A stretch of DNA of 64,000 nucleotides from Felis catus (lineage: Eukaryota): assembly GCF_018350175.1 (NCBI RefSeq), contig NC_058368.1, positions 88,786,001 to 88,850,000 on the forward strand, written 5' to 3'. A program made the translations under genes and the position numbers. The first letter of the stretch is position 1. Each line of letters begins with the position of its first letter. Below the pieces are notes generated by a model. That model was not told where the DNA came from, made no database searches, and was given only the letters and a program-made list of their open reading frames with translations. Below, piece by piece: positions 1-12,750 of this stretch.

Positions 1-1138
1 ATCTATAATTCCTTTGAATGTAAATGGACTAAATGCTCCAGTCAAAAGACATAGGGTGATGAAATGGAGAAAAAAGCAAGGTCCATCATATGCTGCCCAT
101 AAGAGACTCACTGTAGATCTAAAGACACATGTAGATTGAAAGTGAAGGAATGGAGAAGCATTGATCATACAAATGAAAGTGAAAAAAAAGTTGAGGTAGC
201 AATACTTCTATCAGAGCAAAGACAGTAACGAGAGACAAAGAAGGACTCTACATAATCATCAAGGGAACAATCTAAGAAGATAGAACAATTGTAAATATGT
301 ATGCACCCATCATGGCAGCAGACAAATACATAAGGCAGGTAATAAAAAAAAACATAAAAGAAGTAATAATAGTAGAGACTTTCATACACTACTTACGTCA
401 ATGGATAGATCATCCAAATAGAAAATCAAAAAGGAAACAGTGGCTTTGAATGACACATTGGACCACATGGATCTAACAGATATATTCAGAACATGCCATC
501 CGAAAACAGAAGAATACATATTGTTTTCATGTGCACATGGAACATTCTCCAGAATAGGTCACATATTAAGCCACAAAACAAGTCTCAACAAATTCAAAAA
601 GATCAAAATCATACAGTGCATCTTTTCTAACCACAACACTGTGACACTAGAAATCAATCACAAGAAAAAAGTCTGGAAAGAACACAAATACGTGGAGTTA
701 AATAGCAGGCTGCTAAATAATAAATGGGTAAACCAAAAAATCCAAGAAGAAACAAAAAAATACATGGAGACAAATGAAAATGAAAAGACAGTGCTCCAAA
801 ATCTTTGGAATGCAGCAAATGTGGTTCTAAGGGAATTTTATACATATACAGGCCTACCTCAAGAAACAGGAAAAATCCCAAATAAATAACCCAACCTTAT
901 ACCAAAAGCATCTAGAAGAAGACCAAACAAAACCCAAATCCAGCAGAAGGAAGGAAATAATAATGATTAGAGCAGAAATAAATGATATAGAAACTAAAAA
1001 ACAAAAAACAAAACAAAACAAAATAGTAGAACATCAATAAAACCAGAAACTGCTTCTTGGGAAAGAACAAAATTGATAAGCCTTTAGCTGGACTTATCCC
1101 CATCCCTGAAAACTGAGGACTCAATAAACAAAACAGGA

Positions 1139-1352
1139 GGGATGCCTGGGTGTCTCAGTTGGGTAAGTGCCAGATCACAGGTGGTGATCCCTCACTTCGC
1201 GAGTTCGAGCCCTGCATCAGGCTCTGTGTGGACAGCTCAGAACCCGGAGCCTGCTTCAGATTCTGTGTTTCCCTCTCTCTCGGCCCCTCCCCCGCTTGCA
1301 CTGTGTCTCTCTCTGTCTTTCAAAGATAAATAAAACATTATATTAAAAAAAT
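1139..1352 (+). mobile_element. Can-SINE inserted in L1
   Basis: gggatgcctgggtg head, (CT) region, A tail, TSD aaaacagga. Confidence 0.9.
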
Positions 1353-3050
1353 AAAACAGGAAATGAAAGAGAAATAACTGACACCACAGAAATACAGATT
1401 ATAAGAGAATATTCTGAAAAACTATATGCCAACAAGTTGGGCAACCTAGAAAATGGAGAAAATCCTAGAAATGTATGTCCTCCCCAAACTGAATCAGGAA
1501 GAAATAGAAAATTTGAACAGACCGATTACCAGCTATAAAATGGAATCATTAATAAAAAAACTCCCAACAAACAAAAGTCCAGGACCAGTAGCCTTCACAG
1601 GCGATTTTGCTAAACATTCAAAGATGACTTAATACCTATTCTTCTCAAACTATTCCGAGAAATAGAAGAGGAGGGAAATCTTCCAAATTCCTTGTATGAG
1701 GCCAGCATTAGTCTGATACCAAAACCAGAAAAAGACAGTACAAAAAAGGATAACTAGAGGCCAATATCTCCTATGAACATAGATGCAAAAATCCAGAACA
1801 AAAGATTAGCAAATTGAATCCAACAATACACTAAAAACTCATTCACCACGATCAAGTGGCCTTTATTTCTGGGATGCAAGGGTGGGTCATTATTCGTAAA
1901 TCAGTCAATGTGATACATCACATCAGTAGGAGAAAGGATAAAAATCATATGATTGTTTCAATAGATGTAGAAAAAGCATTTCACAAAGTACAACATTCAT
2001 TTATGATAAAAACCCCCCTCAACGAAGTAGGCTTAAAGGGAACATAATATAATAAGGCCTTATATGAAAAACTCAGCTAACATCATACTCAGTGGGGGGA
2101 AATAGAGAGCTTTCCTCTCAAGGTCAGGAACAAGACAAGGATATCTACTCTCACCATTTTTATTCAACATAGTTCTGGAAGTCCCACACTCAGCAGTCAG
2201 ACAAGAGAAAGAAATAAAAATCATCCAGATTGGTAAGGAGGAAGTAAAACTTGCATTGTTTGAAGATGACATGATACTATATATAGAAAACCCTAACGAC
2301 TGGGGGGGGGGGGGTGGGGAGAAAACAAACAAACAAACAAAAAAACAAACAAACAAAAACATGAGAATTGACCAATAGATTTAGTTAAGTTCACAGGATA
2401 AAACATCAATGTACAGAAATCTGTTGCATTCCTATACACTAATAATGAAGTAGCAGAAAGTGAAATTAAGAAAGAAATGCTTTACAGTTGCACTAAAAAT
2501 AATAAAATCCTTAGGAATAAACAAAAGAGGGAAAGACCTATGCTCTGAAAAGTATAGAACACTGATGAAAGAATTTGTAGATGACACTAATGGAAAGATA
2601 TTTCCTGCTCATGGATTAGAAGAACAAATATTGTTAAAATGTCTATACTACCCAGGGCAATTTATAGATTTAATGCAACCTCTATGAAAAGACCCATAGC
2701 ATTATTCACAGAACTAGAACCAACAATCCAAAATTTGTATGGAACCAGATAAGACTCTGAATAGCCAAAGCAGTCTTGAAAAAGGAAAATTGGAGGTGCC
2801 ACAGTCTCCAATATTAAGGTATAGTAGTACAAAGCTATAGTAATCAAAATAGTTGTGGTACTGGCACAAAAATAGATACAAAGATCAATGGAGTGGATAG
2901 AAAGCCTAGATATAAAGTCATGAACCAAAAAGCAGACTTTTAACTGTACATAATAAACTAATGGTTACCAGAAGAAGGTGGGTGGGGGGATGGGTGAAAT
3001 ATATGAAGGGGATTAAGTGAATGCCTATCAAGGGGTGCCAATCTTATCAA

Positions 3051-3180
3051 GGGGCACCTTTGTGTCTCAGTCTGACTTTGGCTCAGGTCAGGATCTCATG
3101 GCTTGTGGGTTCGAGGCCTGCTTCATATTCTGTGTCTCCTTCTCTCTCTCTTCCCCTCCCTCAAAATTAATTCAAAAAAA
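3051..3180 (+). mobile_element. Can-SINE, internally deleted, in L1 3' UTR
   Basis: ggggcacc..ggctcaggtcaggatctcatgg..ttctgtgtctcc pieces. Confidence 0.75.
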
Positions 3181-4048
3181 TCAAAGGGTACACTTATCAT
3201 GATAAGCACTGAGTAATGTATAGATAGAATTGTTGAATCACTATATTGTACACCTGAAAATAATATAACACTGTATGTTAACTATACTAGAATTAAAATT
3301 TTAAGATGGGTATAATGAAAATTTTGTCATTTTGAGTGTGACGTGTGGCAAAATGACCAAGTAGAAATGACTAGTGGATAGTTGAAACTGTAATCTGATT
3401 GCTAATGAGAAGATAGATTGATTTGGGAGCTATTAGTAAGGAATTAATATCAAAGTCATGAAAGGGAGATCTCTGAGGGATGGAGAGGACAAGAGCAAAA
3501 AATCAAGATCCACTAATGAAAGAGTTTATGGCATTGTTAGCTCAGTCTAGTTCTTGATGTTTACATGAGAAAAACTGAGGCCCAGAAAGAAGAAAAACCT
3601 TGCTTAAAATTATTCACTAATTCAGTGGAACCAGAGTCCATGTCTCTTCACTCCCAGCCCATAGCCCCCTTTCTTCCACTAATACTTATTTCAACCAATT
3701 CAGGTGTTCTGTAACAGAAGATTAGAGCTGCTCAAGTGAAATTGACACTTGAAATGGAAACCAAAATCATGTAGATTATTTTTACTCACTTTTGCCCAGC
3801 AATTCTTAGGTTCATATTAGAAGGCATGGCCTCTGGGGATCAGGGGACTGCACATTCCCTGGTGATTATACATGAGTTTATTTCTCATTTTTTAAATTTT
3901 TTCCCCTTAAGATTTGTTTCGTGTATGTGTGTATTTTTGTGCATGTGCATGTGCGTGTGTGTGTGTGTTGTTTTGTTTTGTTTATGTTTTGTTAATTTTC
4001 TTTCTTGGAACACGGTTTGCTGAAAGACATTTGAAATATTGCTAGGTT

Positions 4049-4268
4049 GGGGTGCCTGGGTGGCTCAGTCGGTTAAGCGTCCGACTTCGGCTCAGGTCAC
4101 GATCTCACGGTCTGTGGGTTCGAGCCCTGCGTCGGGCTCTGGGCTGATGGCTCAGAGCCTGGAGCCTGCTTCCAATTCTGTGTCTCCCTCTCTCTCTGAC
4201 CCTCCCCCGTTCATGCTCTGTCTCTCTCTGTCTCAAAAATAAATAAACTTAAAAAAAATTAAAAAAAA
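4049..4268 (+). mobile_element. Can-SINE (SINEC_Fc type)
   Basis: Full consensus; TSD aaatattg(c/t)tagg. Confidence 0.95.
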
Positions 4269-5017
4269 TATTGTTAGGGAACATATGGCTCATCTTTCAA
4301 AACAGGCAAAAACAGGAATTTCCCCTTTTCCTCAGCTGCTGGGGAACCCTGTCCCGAACGTACTCACCACTTCCTCTGCCAGGAGATTTACCTGGACATG
4401 CTTCCTAATTCATACTCTGCCTCCTTCAACCTTCTCCAACCAGTGACAAAGAAATTAAAATTCACTTTTCACCACTGTTTATTAATGTCTGTCTACCATG
4501 AATCAGGGTTCCATTTAATTGAAATGAATTATTTCAGTAGCCAAGTGTGATCGGTATAATTTTACCTGTCTTATAAATAAGGAAATTGAGACACAGATAA
4601 CAGGTTGTGTGATGTGATTATGGTAGACAGAATAAGGATCCTCCAAAGATTTTCATGCCTTACTTCCTAGAACCTGTGAATATATTACCTTACATGGCAA
4701 AAGTGACTTTGCATATTGTACTTAAGGATTTTGAGATGAAAAGATTATGCTGGATTATTTAAGTGGGCCCAACATAATCACAGAGGTCCTTAAGAGGAAG
4801 TCTGAAGGGTTAGAGTCAGATGAGACATGGTGATGGAAGCAGAGGTTAGAGAGACACAGACTTGAAGATGCCATGCTCCTGGCCTTGAAGATGGAGGAAG
4901 AAGCCACAAGCCAAAAAATGCAGATGACCTCTAGAAACTGGAAAATATAAGGGAAGAGATTCTCCCCAGAGCCACCAGAAGGAATGTCACACTGACCACA
5001 CTTTGAAATTAGAACTT

Positions 5018-5237
5018 AAAAAAATTTTTAACATTTTTTTAATGTTTATTTTTGAGAGAGAGAGACGGAGTGTGAGCGGGAGAGAGGCAGAAAGAGAGGG
5101 AGACACAGAATCTGAAGCAGGCTCCTGGCTCTGAGCTGTCCACATAGAGCCCAATGTGGGGGTGGAACTCAGGAACTATGAGATCATGACCTGAGCCGAA
5201 CATGGAAGCTTAAACTACTGAGTCACCCAGGCGCCCC
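5018..5237 (-). mobile_element. Can-SINE
   Basis: Reverse SINE ending cacccaggcgcccc. Confidence 0.92.
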
Positions 5238-5287
5238 TAATTTTTTTGTTTGTTTGTTTATTTCTGAGAGGAAGGGAGGGACAGAGG

Positions 5288-5330
<43 letters not shown>

Positions 5331-5496
5331 ATATGAGGGGGAGGGGCAGAGAGAGAGGGAGACAGAGAACCTGATGCAGGCTCCGGGCTCTGAACTGTCA
5401 GCACAAATCCCAGTGCAAGGCTTGAACCCAGGAGCCATGAGATCATGACCTGAGCCAAAGCCGGATGCTTAACCATCTGAGACTTCCAGGTACCCC
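5238..5496 (-). mobile_element. Can-SINE with (GA)n expansion
   Basis: Reverse SINE ending ccaggtacccc; TSD tgaaattaga(a/g)ctt brackets both SINEs. Confidence 0.9.
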
Positions 5497-6127
5497 TGAA
5501 ATTAGAGCTTCTTACCTCTAAAATTGTAAGATAACAAATTGGCATTGTTTTAAGCCACTAAGTCTGTGGTAATTTGTTACAAAAGCAAAGGAAACTGATA
5601 CATTAAATTTAACAGCAGCTAATTTTGCCAGTGATTTCTGTTTTTCCACGTGTAAAGAATGCAGTCTGTAGACATGTAACTGAACCCTATCTTGCCTGAA
5701 ACTGTTGACCCCTTGCTTCTTTGTGACTCTCTTCCCTTGCATCTCAAGAGTAGACGCCCTTAACCTCTTCCTCCTTCTCTGATCATTTTGTCAATTATGG
5801 GTTCCATCTTTTATTTATTGCCTTCTAAATATAATTCTCTTTCCTTTCCATCTCCTTGCTTCCCTTTTCTTTACTCCTTTTCATGCTGTCCCTAACATTC
5901 ACCCCTCATAACTCCTGCTTTCCCCCTTTATGCTAATGATTCCCAAAGATGGCTCTTCTCTAAACTTTAGGCTCCCTATTCATATCTATCCTTGGAGTAC
6001 TGAGACGTAAGGCAGAGAAATTTTTAAATACAACTATAGACCAAAGACCAATAATCTTCAAAGGTACAATAGATATGACCTTTCAATAGGGATGATAAAA
6101 GTCAGAAGACTATAGATTGTCATCTTT

Positions 6128-6326
6128 TCAAAAAACATTTTAACATTTATATATTTCTAAGAGACAGAGTATGACCAGGGAGAGGGTCAGAGAGAGAGGG
6201 AGACACAGAATCTGAAGCAGGCTCCATCCAGGCCCTGAGCTGTCAACACAGAGCCTGATGTGGGGCACAAACTCACAAGCTGTGCTGAAGTCAGCCACTT
6301 AACCAACCTAGCCACCCAGGCACCCC
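6128..6326 (-). mobile_element. Can-SINE
   Basis: Reverse SINE ending ccacccaggcacccc. Confidence 0.9.
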
Positions 6327-9300
6327 ATTAGGAGATAACTTTGAATGTTAACTGAAAATGTAAAACACCATATGATGTGTGTTAACTATGATATTAGTGT
6401 TCAGATACCTCAATACATGAAAAGAATGAATGGTACCATGAATGAAAATGAACACATGCTCTGTGATGAAACTTCAGTGTTTCATTAATTCTATGATTGT
6501 GAAATTTTCATTTAGTATTTTCACCATAACTTCAAAGAGAGTTATAAGTTAATGTCATCTTCAATAATTGTGCTGGTCCTGGAGAATTTTGGGTACCTGG
6601 GTGGGAAATTACTAACATTTCTGTGACTCAAGCAGTGGTTCATTCCCTATATTGGACTGTGTTAGCAAATCCTACCCCATCCCACCAAGATAGATATCTT
6701 GAGGACTGAGAAAGTGAAAGACAGTTGCAGAACTGGAAAGGGTCCAATTTCCAGTTCCATCTTAGAACAGCAATGGGTACATATGGTCATTCCTGCAAAG
6801 ACAAAGCACTTCCACTCAGAGATCCATTTGGAATTGGACTCTGCAGACATCTACTCTTTGCTCTATATGAATGATCTTAAAAAAGAAAGTGCTAGGACAA
6901 TGATCAACATAGAGAGAATTTCTATTTTATAAGTTACATCTGCAAGAATGCTAATGTAGGGAAGAGGTAGGAATTCTTAAGAGTTCTGGCCTATTTTCAG
7001 ATTAATTACTTTTTCCTTGTTGGTCAAAACATTTATTATATCCCCAAGGTCTGTTTAAGTCGAATGGGTGGAGACATGGTATTCAAGGCGTTTGTAAAGC
7101 ACAGAATGTTGCCTGTAACATTTTGGGTTATACACGCACATATACACCTGGGAGAAAGAGGGATAAAGTCTACAACATCTTTCTGATCCTCAAGGGAAAA
7201 TAGGACTGAGGAATCAATGGCATGGACGTGCCATGTGGGAGTAGGAGCACCTAAATCATGTAATTCACTCATTTATCAAATTTACGTTGATTAATGACTG
7301 TTTCATGGTACCTTCCAGTACTTCAGAAATCGGACTGTTTATGCGGATGACAGTGTCAAATATACAATCTTTTCTTCATAGAACTCCAAATCCTGGTGCC
7401 GGCAAGAAAAAAATTCTGACATGAAAACCAACAAGTCATGTGTTTCTGCATTGCATAAGTAATCTGCTGGTAGTCTACAATGAAAAATATGCACTGTATA
7501 AGATAAAGTTGATTCTAAAAGTTTGAGAGACTCTATATTTTCACAAAGACTGTTATTAAAAATATTTTATAGAATTCTGAACCGTTGAAAAGGTCTGCCT
7601 GTGTTGTAACATAGGTCAGCACTTCATTTCTTCTTTGATTGCTGAGTAATATTTCATTGTGTAGATACAGGACAGTTTATTCATGCCTCAGTTGATGAAC
7701 ATTTGCTGCTGTTAGCACTTTGGGGTTATTGTGAATAATGCTGTTGTGAACATTCATATACAAGTTTTTATGTGGACATATCTTTCATTTGTTTAGAGAA
7801 ATGCAATTTCTGGGTCCAAAGTTAAGTCCCTATGTCACTATTTGAATACCTGCAAGATTGTTTTCCAGTGTGACTACCATTTTCCATTTCAGCCAGCCAT
7901 GTGAGAGGCTTTCAATTTCTCCATCGTTTCATGGACAGTCACCATCTGTCTTTTTGGTTGTAGCTATACTGTGGCTATGAAAGGATATATGGTGATTTTG
8001 GTTTCTGGGTTATTGATGATGAGGGTTGTTGGACACGTTTTCATGTGCTTCATGGTCATCTGAATATCTTCTGTGGAGAATAATCTTGACACTGATTTGT
8101 CCATTTTTAAATGGAGTTCCTTATCTTCTTATACATGAGCTGCAATATATGCTAACAATGTTTCTTATTAGCTCTATGAACTGCAAAGTTTTCTATAGAG
8201 TGTGGGGTGCCCAATGAATCACTAGTTTTACCTTTTAGTGAGATCTAATGTATATATATTGGAGTCCTACTCAAAGTTATTTAAGCATTATCACATACCT
8301 GTGCCTGCAATGTGGTTGTAGAAACTAAAGGTCACATGGGAAAGGGGGAAAGATTCGAGTTTGTTCAGCTTTGGTATAGATCCAACAAATTTCATCAGGG
8401 AATATGTCATTTCCCTGGCCAAATTTTTATTTATTACTGATTTTTGTTTGCTCTCATTTCATTTCTAAGACATAGCATTTTCAACTTCATTGTACTTCTA
8501 CAGCAATTGTTACTTCTTTCTTCTGTTTGCTTTGGGTTTATGTTGTTCTTCTTTTTCTAAGATTATTGTTGCAGATTAGTCTTTTTTCTAATACATGCCT
8601 TCAGTGTAGTGAATTTCTTCTTAAAAACTGCTTTCACTTCATTCAACGCACTTCCGAAAGTTGTATATTTTCATTTCCATTTAGAGGAAAACTTTTGAAA
8701 TTTCTCATGCTGCTGCTGCTTCTTTTTCTTCTCCTATTCTTCCTCCTTCTCTCCCTCCTTCTTCAACAACATTATTTCTTCATGGTTAGGGCAAGAAGTA
8801 CTTTTAAAAGAGAATTCTTTCAATTCCTCTATCCCATCTCTGAATATAATTTGTTACATATTTTCATTATTTATGAACTATCATCATCAAAGTTATTTTT
8901 ACAATTATTATATTAAGAAATGAATCTTTTAGATCACTTTAAAAGAAGAAAAATGAGACCCTAAGGACAATTTTACCTTCATTTCTTCCTCCTCTAAAAC
9001 CCTTTCTTTGTGTAGAGTCAAGTTGCTGACATATATATTATTCTTCCCTCTGAATACCCTCTTTAAGATATCTTGTAAGGAACATTTAATTTTGGAAATT
9101 CCAGTTTCTATTTATATTAGAAAGACTTTATGTCTCCAGCAGTATTGAAGGAGAAATGTATTTGATTCAGAATTCATCTAATTCATTTTTTCTTTCCACA
9201 CTTTAATCCCACTCTCTTCCTGCTTGCATGGTTGTTGAAGATAAATGCAGAATAACTCATACTGGTTCATCTACAGATAGGACTTTTCTCCTCTGGCTCC

Positions 9301-9465
9301 ATTCAAGCTTTTTTTCTTTCTTTTTGTCTTGATTTACTGCTCTTTGAAAATGCTTTGCAAAGGTATTGATCACTTGGTATTTCTCTTGCTCTGACATTTC
9401 TGGATCTGTGGTTTCTTACATGTTGAAGTTGTCAGCCTAATTGCTTGAAATATATCTTGTGCCCC

Positions 9466-9522
9466 TTCCTTCCTTCCTTCCTTCCTTCCTTCCTTCCTTC
9501 CTTCCTTCCTTCCTTCCTTCCT
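9466..9522. repeat. (CCTT)n microsatellite
   Basis: About 14 perfect CCTT units. Confidence 0.95.
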
Positions 9523-9994
9523 TTCACATTCCTGACTTTCTCCCACCCTTCCTTTCCTGTTTTCTTTATACTTATGTTACAATTTTTACAATGTCCTATA
9601 GTTCCTGAATGTTCCTTTACATTTTCTTCTGTCATTATTTTCTTCTTTAGTTTGTAAAGATTCCAGTGGCATGGCTTCAACTCACAGATTCTTCCTTCAT
9701 TCCTGTCCACAGCTATCCATGAGCTCATCTAAAGTATTCTTTGTTTCTAATATATTGTTTATTCCCACCATTTCCTTTACATTCAAGAGAATTTCCATCT
9801 CTCTGCTCACATGGCTAATTATACCTTTTCCACTGCAGCCCTTAAGGTTTTAATTATATTTTAAATCCATAGCCTAATAACTCCCTACTCTCTGTCATAA
9901 TCTGAATCTGATTATGATGCTTGCTCTGTCTCTTCAAACTGTTGCCTTTGACTTTTAATAAGCATTGTATTTTTTTATTAAAAGCTGAACATAT

Positions 9995-10220
9995 GGGGCG
10001 CCTGGGTGGCGCAGTCGGTTAAGCGTCCGACTTCAGCCAGGTCACGATCTCGCGGTCCGTGAGTTCGAGCCCCGCGTCGGGCTCTGGGCTGATGGCTCGG
10101 AGCCTGGAGCCTGTTTCCGATTCTGTGTCTCCCTCTCTCTCTGCCCCTCCCCCGTTCATGCTCTGTCTCTCTCTGTCCCAAAAAAAATAGATAAACGTTG
10201 AAAAAAAATTAAAAAAAAAA
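9995..10220 (+). mobile_element. Young SINEC_Fc
   Basis: CpGs intact; perfect TSD aaaagctgaacata. Confidence 0.97.
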
Positions 10221-10999
10221 AAGCTGAACATAAGGTGTTGAGCAAAACCAACTCAAATAACTTGGTCTCTAATTGAGTTTTTTATATTCTAGGAGTTTAA
10301 CTATGTTCCCAGTTCGCTGCTAGGATAGGTATCCAAGCTATCATTTCCTTTTGGGTCCTTTGTTTATTGGAAAGTGTTTTGCTGTTATATATTTTGTCTC
10401 CCCTGTGTGCTTTGGGTTTCCTTTGATACATCTGCAGTAAGATCTGAGAATTGGAGTTCTTTGATCAAAATCCCATTTTAATACAGGAGCACTATTCATG
10501 CAGCAGAAATGTATAGGGGAGGGAGCATATTGTTCTATGATGAGATCTCAGTCTTTCAGTGAGCCTGTGTCCTTGGGATTTGACAGTGACAGTGCTTCTC
10601 AAAACTGTCCCTCCCATGGGGTGAAGGAATTCAAAAGCGAGCTGGAGTTGAGTCCCTTCCTCAGCATAGAACCTGGTGTGGCTAGATCTGGGCATTCCCT
10701 TTCCCCAGGCCACTTATGCTCCTGTCACACCCAAGGTGGTAACTCTCCCAAGACAGTTTGTTTGAGTGAAGGCTTCCTGAAAGAGAACAGAGGGTTCTGG
10801 GTATGTTTCACAATGGTTGCTTTTCTTCTCTGTGGTCCAAAGTTTTAAGGACTTTTCTTTGACTTTCACCTTGAGAATGTGGAGGGGCTACTGAAGGTAA
10901 ATCATGGAAGTGTGGAGGCCCCACACTCTGTGCCCCTGGAGACTTGTCCTTTGCAGCTTGTGCACACTGAGCCTTCATAAATTCATAATTCAGAGTGGA

Positions 11000-12750
11000 A
11001 GTGTTGGAGTCTCAGGAGTCTCTGGCCAGGGGTTCCTAAATGTTCAAGTCCCAAATTGCAGTGTGATACTTGGGGCTACACGTGGTAATGTTCTGGTAAT
11101 GAGTGCTCCACAGTTAGAGTTCAGATGTGGGGCAGCCTGTCCTCCCTAAACCTATTGGTGCTTCAGAAACCCCCAGCCTGAAGTGGGCCTGTTTTGTGGT
11201 GCTGCTGGCAATATTCAGCTCAGCACTGGTCACAGTCTTCTGCATGGAGGCAAAAGGAGCGATCTAGGGGCTGTGCCACAGGGTGGCACACAAATGGTAG
11301 CAAATCCTGGCTGGGTGCTGGTGCCTGTGCCCAAGGGAGAAGTAATAGGTGATGAATCAACAAAAGTTACCTGTGTGGTGCTGCCCAAGACTTGCTGGCT
11401 TAGCTTTGTATGTGGAAGTCAGCAGGGGCCTTCTGGGTGTAAGGGGCTGAGGACAGTGAGTGTGAAGAGATGTCTGGAGGCAGATATATCAGGGAGCAGA
11501 GGGGTCCAGTTGAGTCTGGCTTCCTTTGAAACAAAGGATATAGCCAGCCTGCCCCTGAAGCAGATTCCAGGGTGGCCATTGACCCTGGCAGACTTGGACT
11601 TTCCTGCATCTCTCCTGTGTGCATTCCCTCTCGGGGCTGGAGCAGGAGCAGGAGCAGCCCTGCAGCAGGCAGGGGGAAACAAACCCTGGAAAGCTGCTCA
11701 GCCCCACACTTCAAGATGGGCACACACTCACCCCACAGTGCTCTATTGATGGTCTGGAGTGCTGCTTCCTCTTCATAGTGTCAGTCATCAGCGGTGCCTG
11801 GAAACCCAACCAGGGTGTGGTGGCCATCTTGCTGGGTCCACTTGTCCCCTGAAATCACAGTCTTCTCTTCTCATTGCAACCCCAAACATCTTTTGTTTGT
11901 ATGGTCCAGAAGTGTCAGGTGCAGGAGAGGAGTTCCTCCAGAATTGTTTCTTTTCCAATTTCTTTTAGGTATTGTCTTCATCTGGTTCTTCTTCTGGGCC
12001 ACCACCAAAGCTGTTGCTGGGGACCAAGAGCACTCCTGGTTCACTTTTTCTGACATCTTCTGAGGCATCTGGAGCATCGTGGACATGGTCCAGCTATTTT
12101 CTTTTGCAGCTGCAGGAAACATCAGGTTGAGCTGTATGAGCTGGTGTGGCATGCTATTTCGGGAAGATCTGACAAAGGGTCTAGGGTTTATTTTGGAACA
12201 TGCCTTTTGAGATAAGGGGGTGGAAGTTTCCCTGAAGAACCCATGGCTGGAATGAAGGGAGAGACCCTACCATGTTTGTCCCAGGGCTGAATGAAGGCTA
12301 CATCCTAGGGTCTTCGGGCCCCTTCCCTGATTGTCCTAAGTTTTTGATTGCTGAGTCCCTCTGCTGCTTTGCTGTCCTATTCATACTCTCTTTGAGAGTT
12401 GTCAACATGCCTTGCTCTGTCAAGGACCCTGGCACATGTGAGTGTTGTGGGACACACGGTGGTGATATTTGCTCCTCTCTCACCTCACATGGACGTGACT
12501 TTACACACTCTGATATTAGTGTATGGGAAGCAGACAGTGTGGACTTCCCTGATCGACTTGCCTACAGATGAGGCAGCATCTACAGATCCTGAAACTCATA
12601 TTTGGAAGTGGTACCCTGAGGTGACCCCGTATCTCCCACAGCGTTACTGGAGGTTCAGAGGACCTGAGGACATTGGAATCTCCCAATCAGGTAGGGATCC
12701 TACAAGCCCCCTCCCCATTGAGATTGCGTCTACTAAGTGCTCCCAGCGAT
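11000..12750 (-). pseudogene. POM121L: POM121-like (POM121L1-type) pseudogene, intronless POM121 core
   Basis: Collinear minus-strand peptides across frames match recalled POM121/POM121L1 motifs. MLTTLKESMNRT ~ VLRALKES. VAFIQPWDKHGRVSPFIP ~ SAFRPLRDNGGLSPFVP. TSSYSST*CFLQLQKK ~ ITSSYSSTRGISQLWKR. GFPGTADD*HYEEEAALQTINRAL ~ GYRVTVEDLDREKEAAFQRINSAL. TGPLCSLIYLPPDISSHSLSSA ~ PGPLFSSSDPLPATSSDSQDSA. Several stops and frameshifts. Confidence 0.8.

Larger units (their letters stand above)
1..3300 (+). mobile_element. LINE-1 (carnivore-type), ORF2 endonuclease/RT remnant plus 3' UTR, decayed and internally deleted
   Basis: ORF 440..889 (ALNDTLDHMDLTDIFRTCHPKTEEY..HGTFSRIGHIL) is L1 endonuclease. 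1856..2047 ([30 protein letters not shown]) and LFEDDM-type motif near 2260 are RT. 2925-3300 is an L1 3' UTR. Many stops and frameshifts. Confidence 0.95.
4612..5602 (+). mobile_element. MaLR LTR (MLT1D-like) split by two SINEs
   Basis: acctgtgaatatattaccttacatggcaaaagtgactttgca ... ttttaagccactaagtctgtggtaatttgttaca..aactgataca, typical MLT1 ends. Confidence 0.85.
7590..10990 (-). mobile_element. Ancient L1M fragments (3' end, ORF2/ORF1 and 5' region)
   Basis: T-rich L1M 3' motifs (gctgagtaatatttcattgt, gtgaataatgctgttgtgaacatt). ORF 9432..9728 resembles an L1 ORF1 coiled coil. Confidence 0.7.

Noticed and set aside
6560..7270. Unique-looking stretch with short ORFs (possible pseudogene or retroviral remnant)
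   Set aside because: No motif I can recognise; stops in all frames.
8527..8916. Hydrophobic 129-aa ORF
   Set aside because: T-rich antisense L1 plus a pyrimidine simple repeat.
11183..11749. 188-aa plus-strand ORF
   Set aside because: Antisense shadow of the POM121-like pseudogene.
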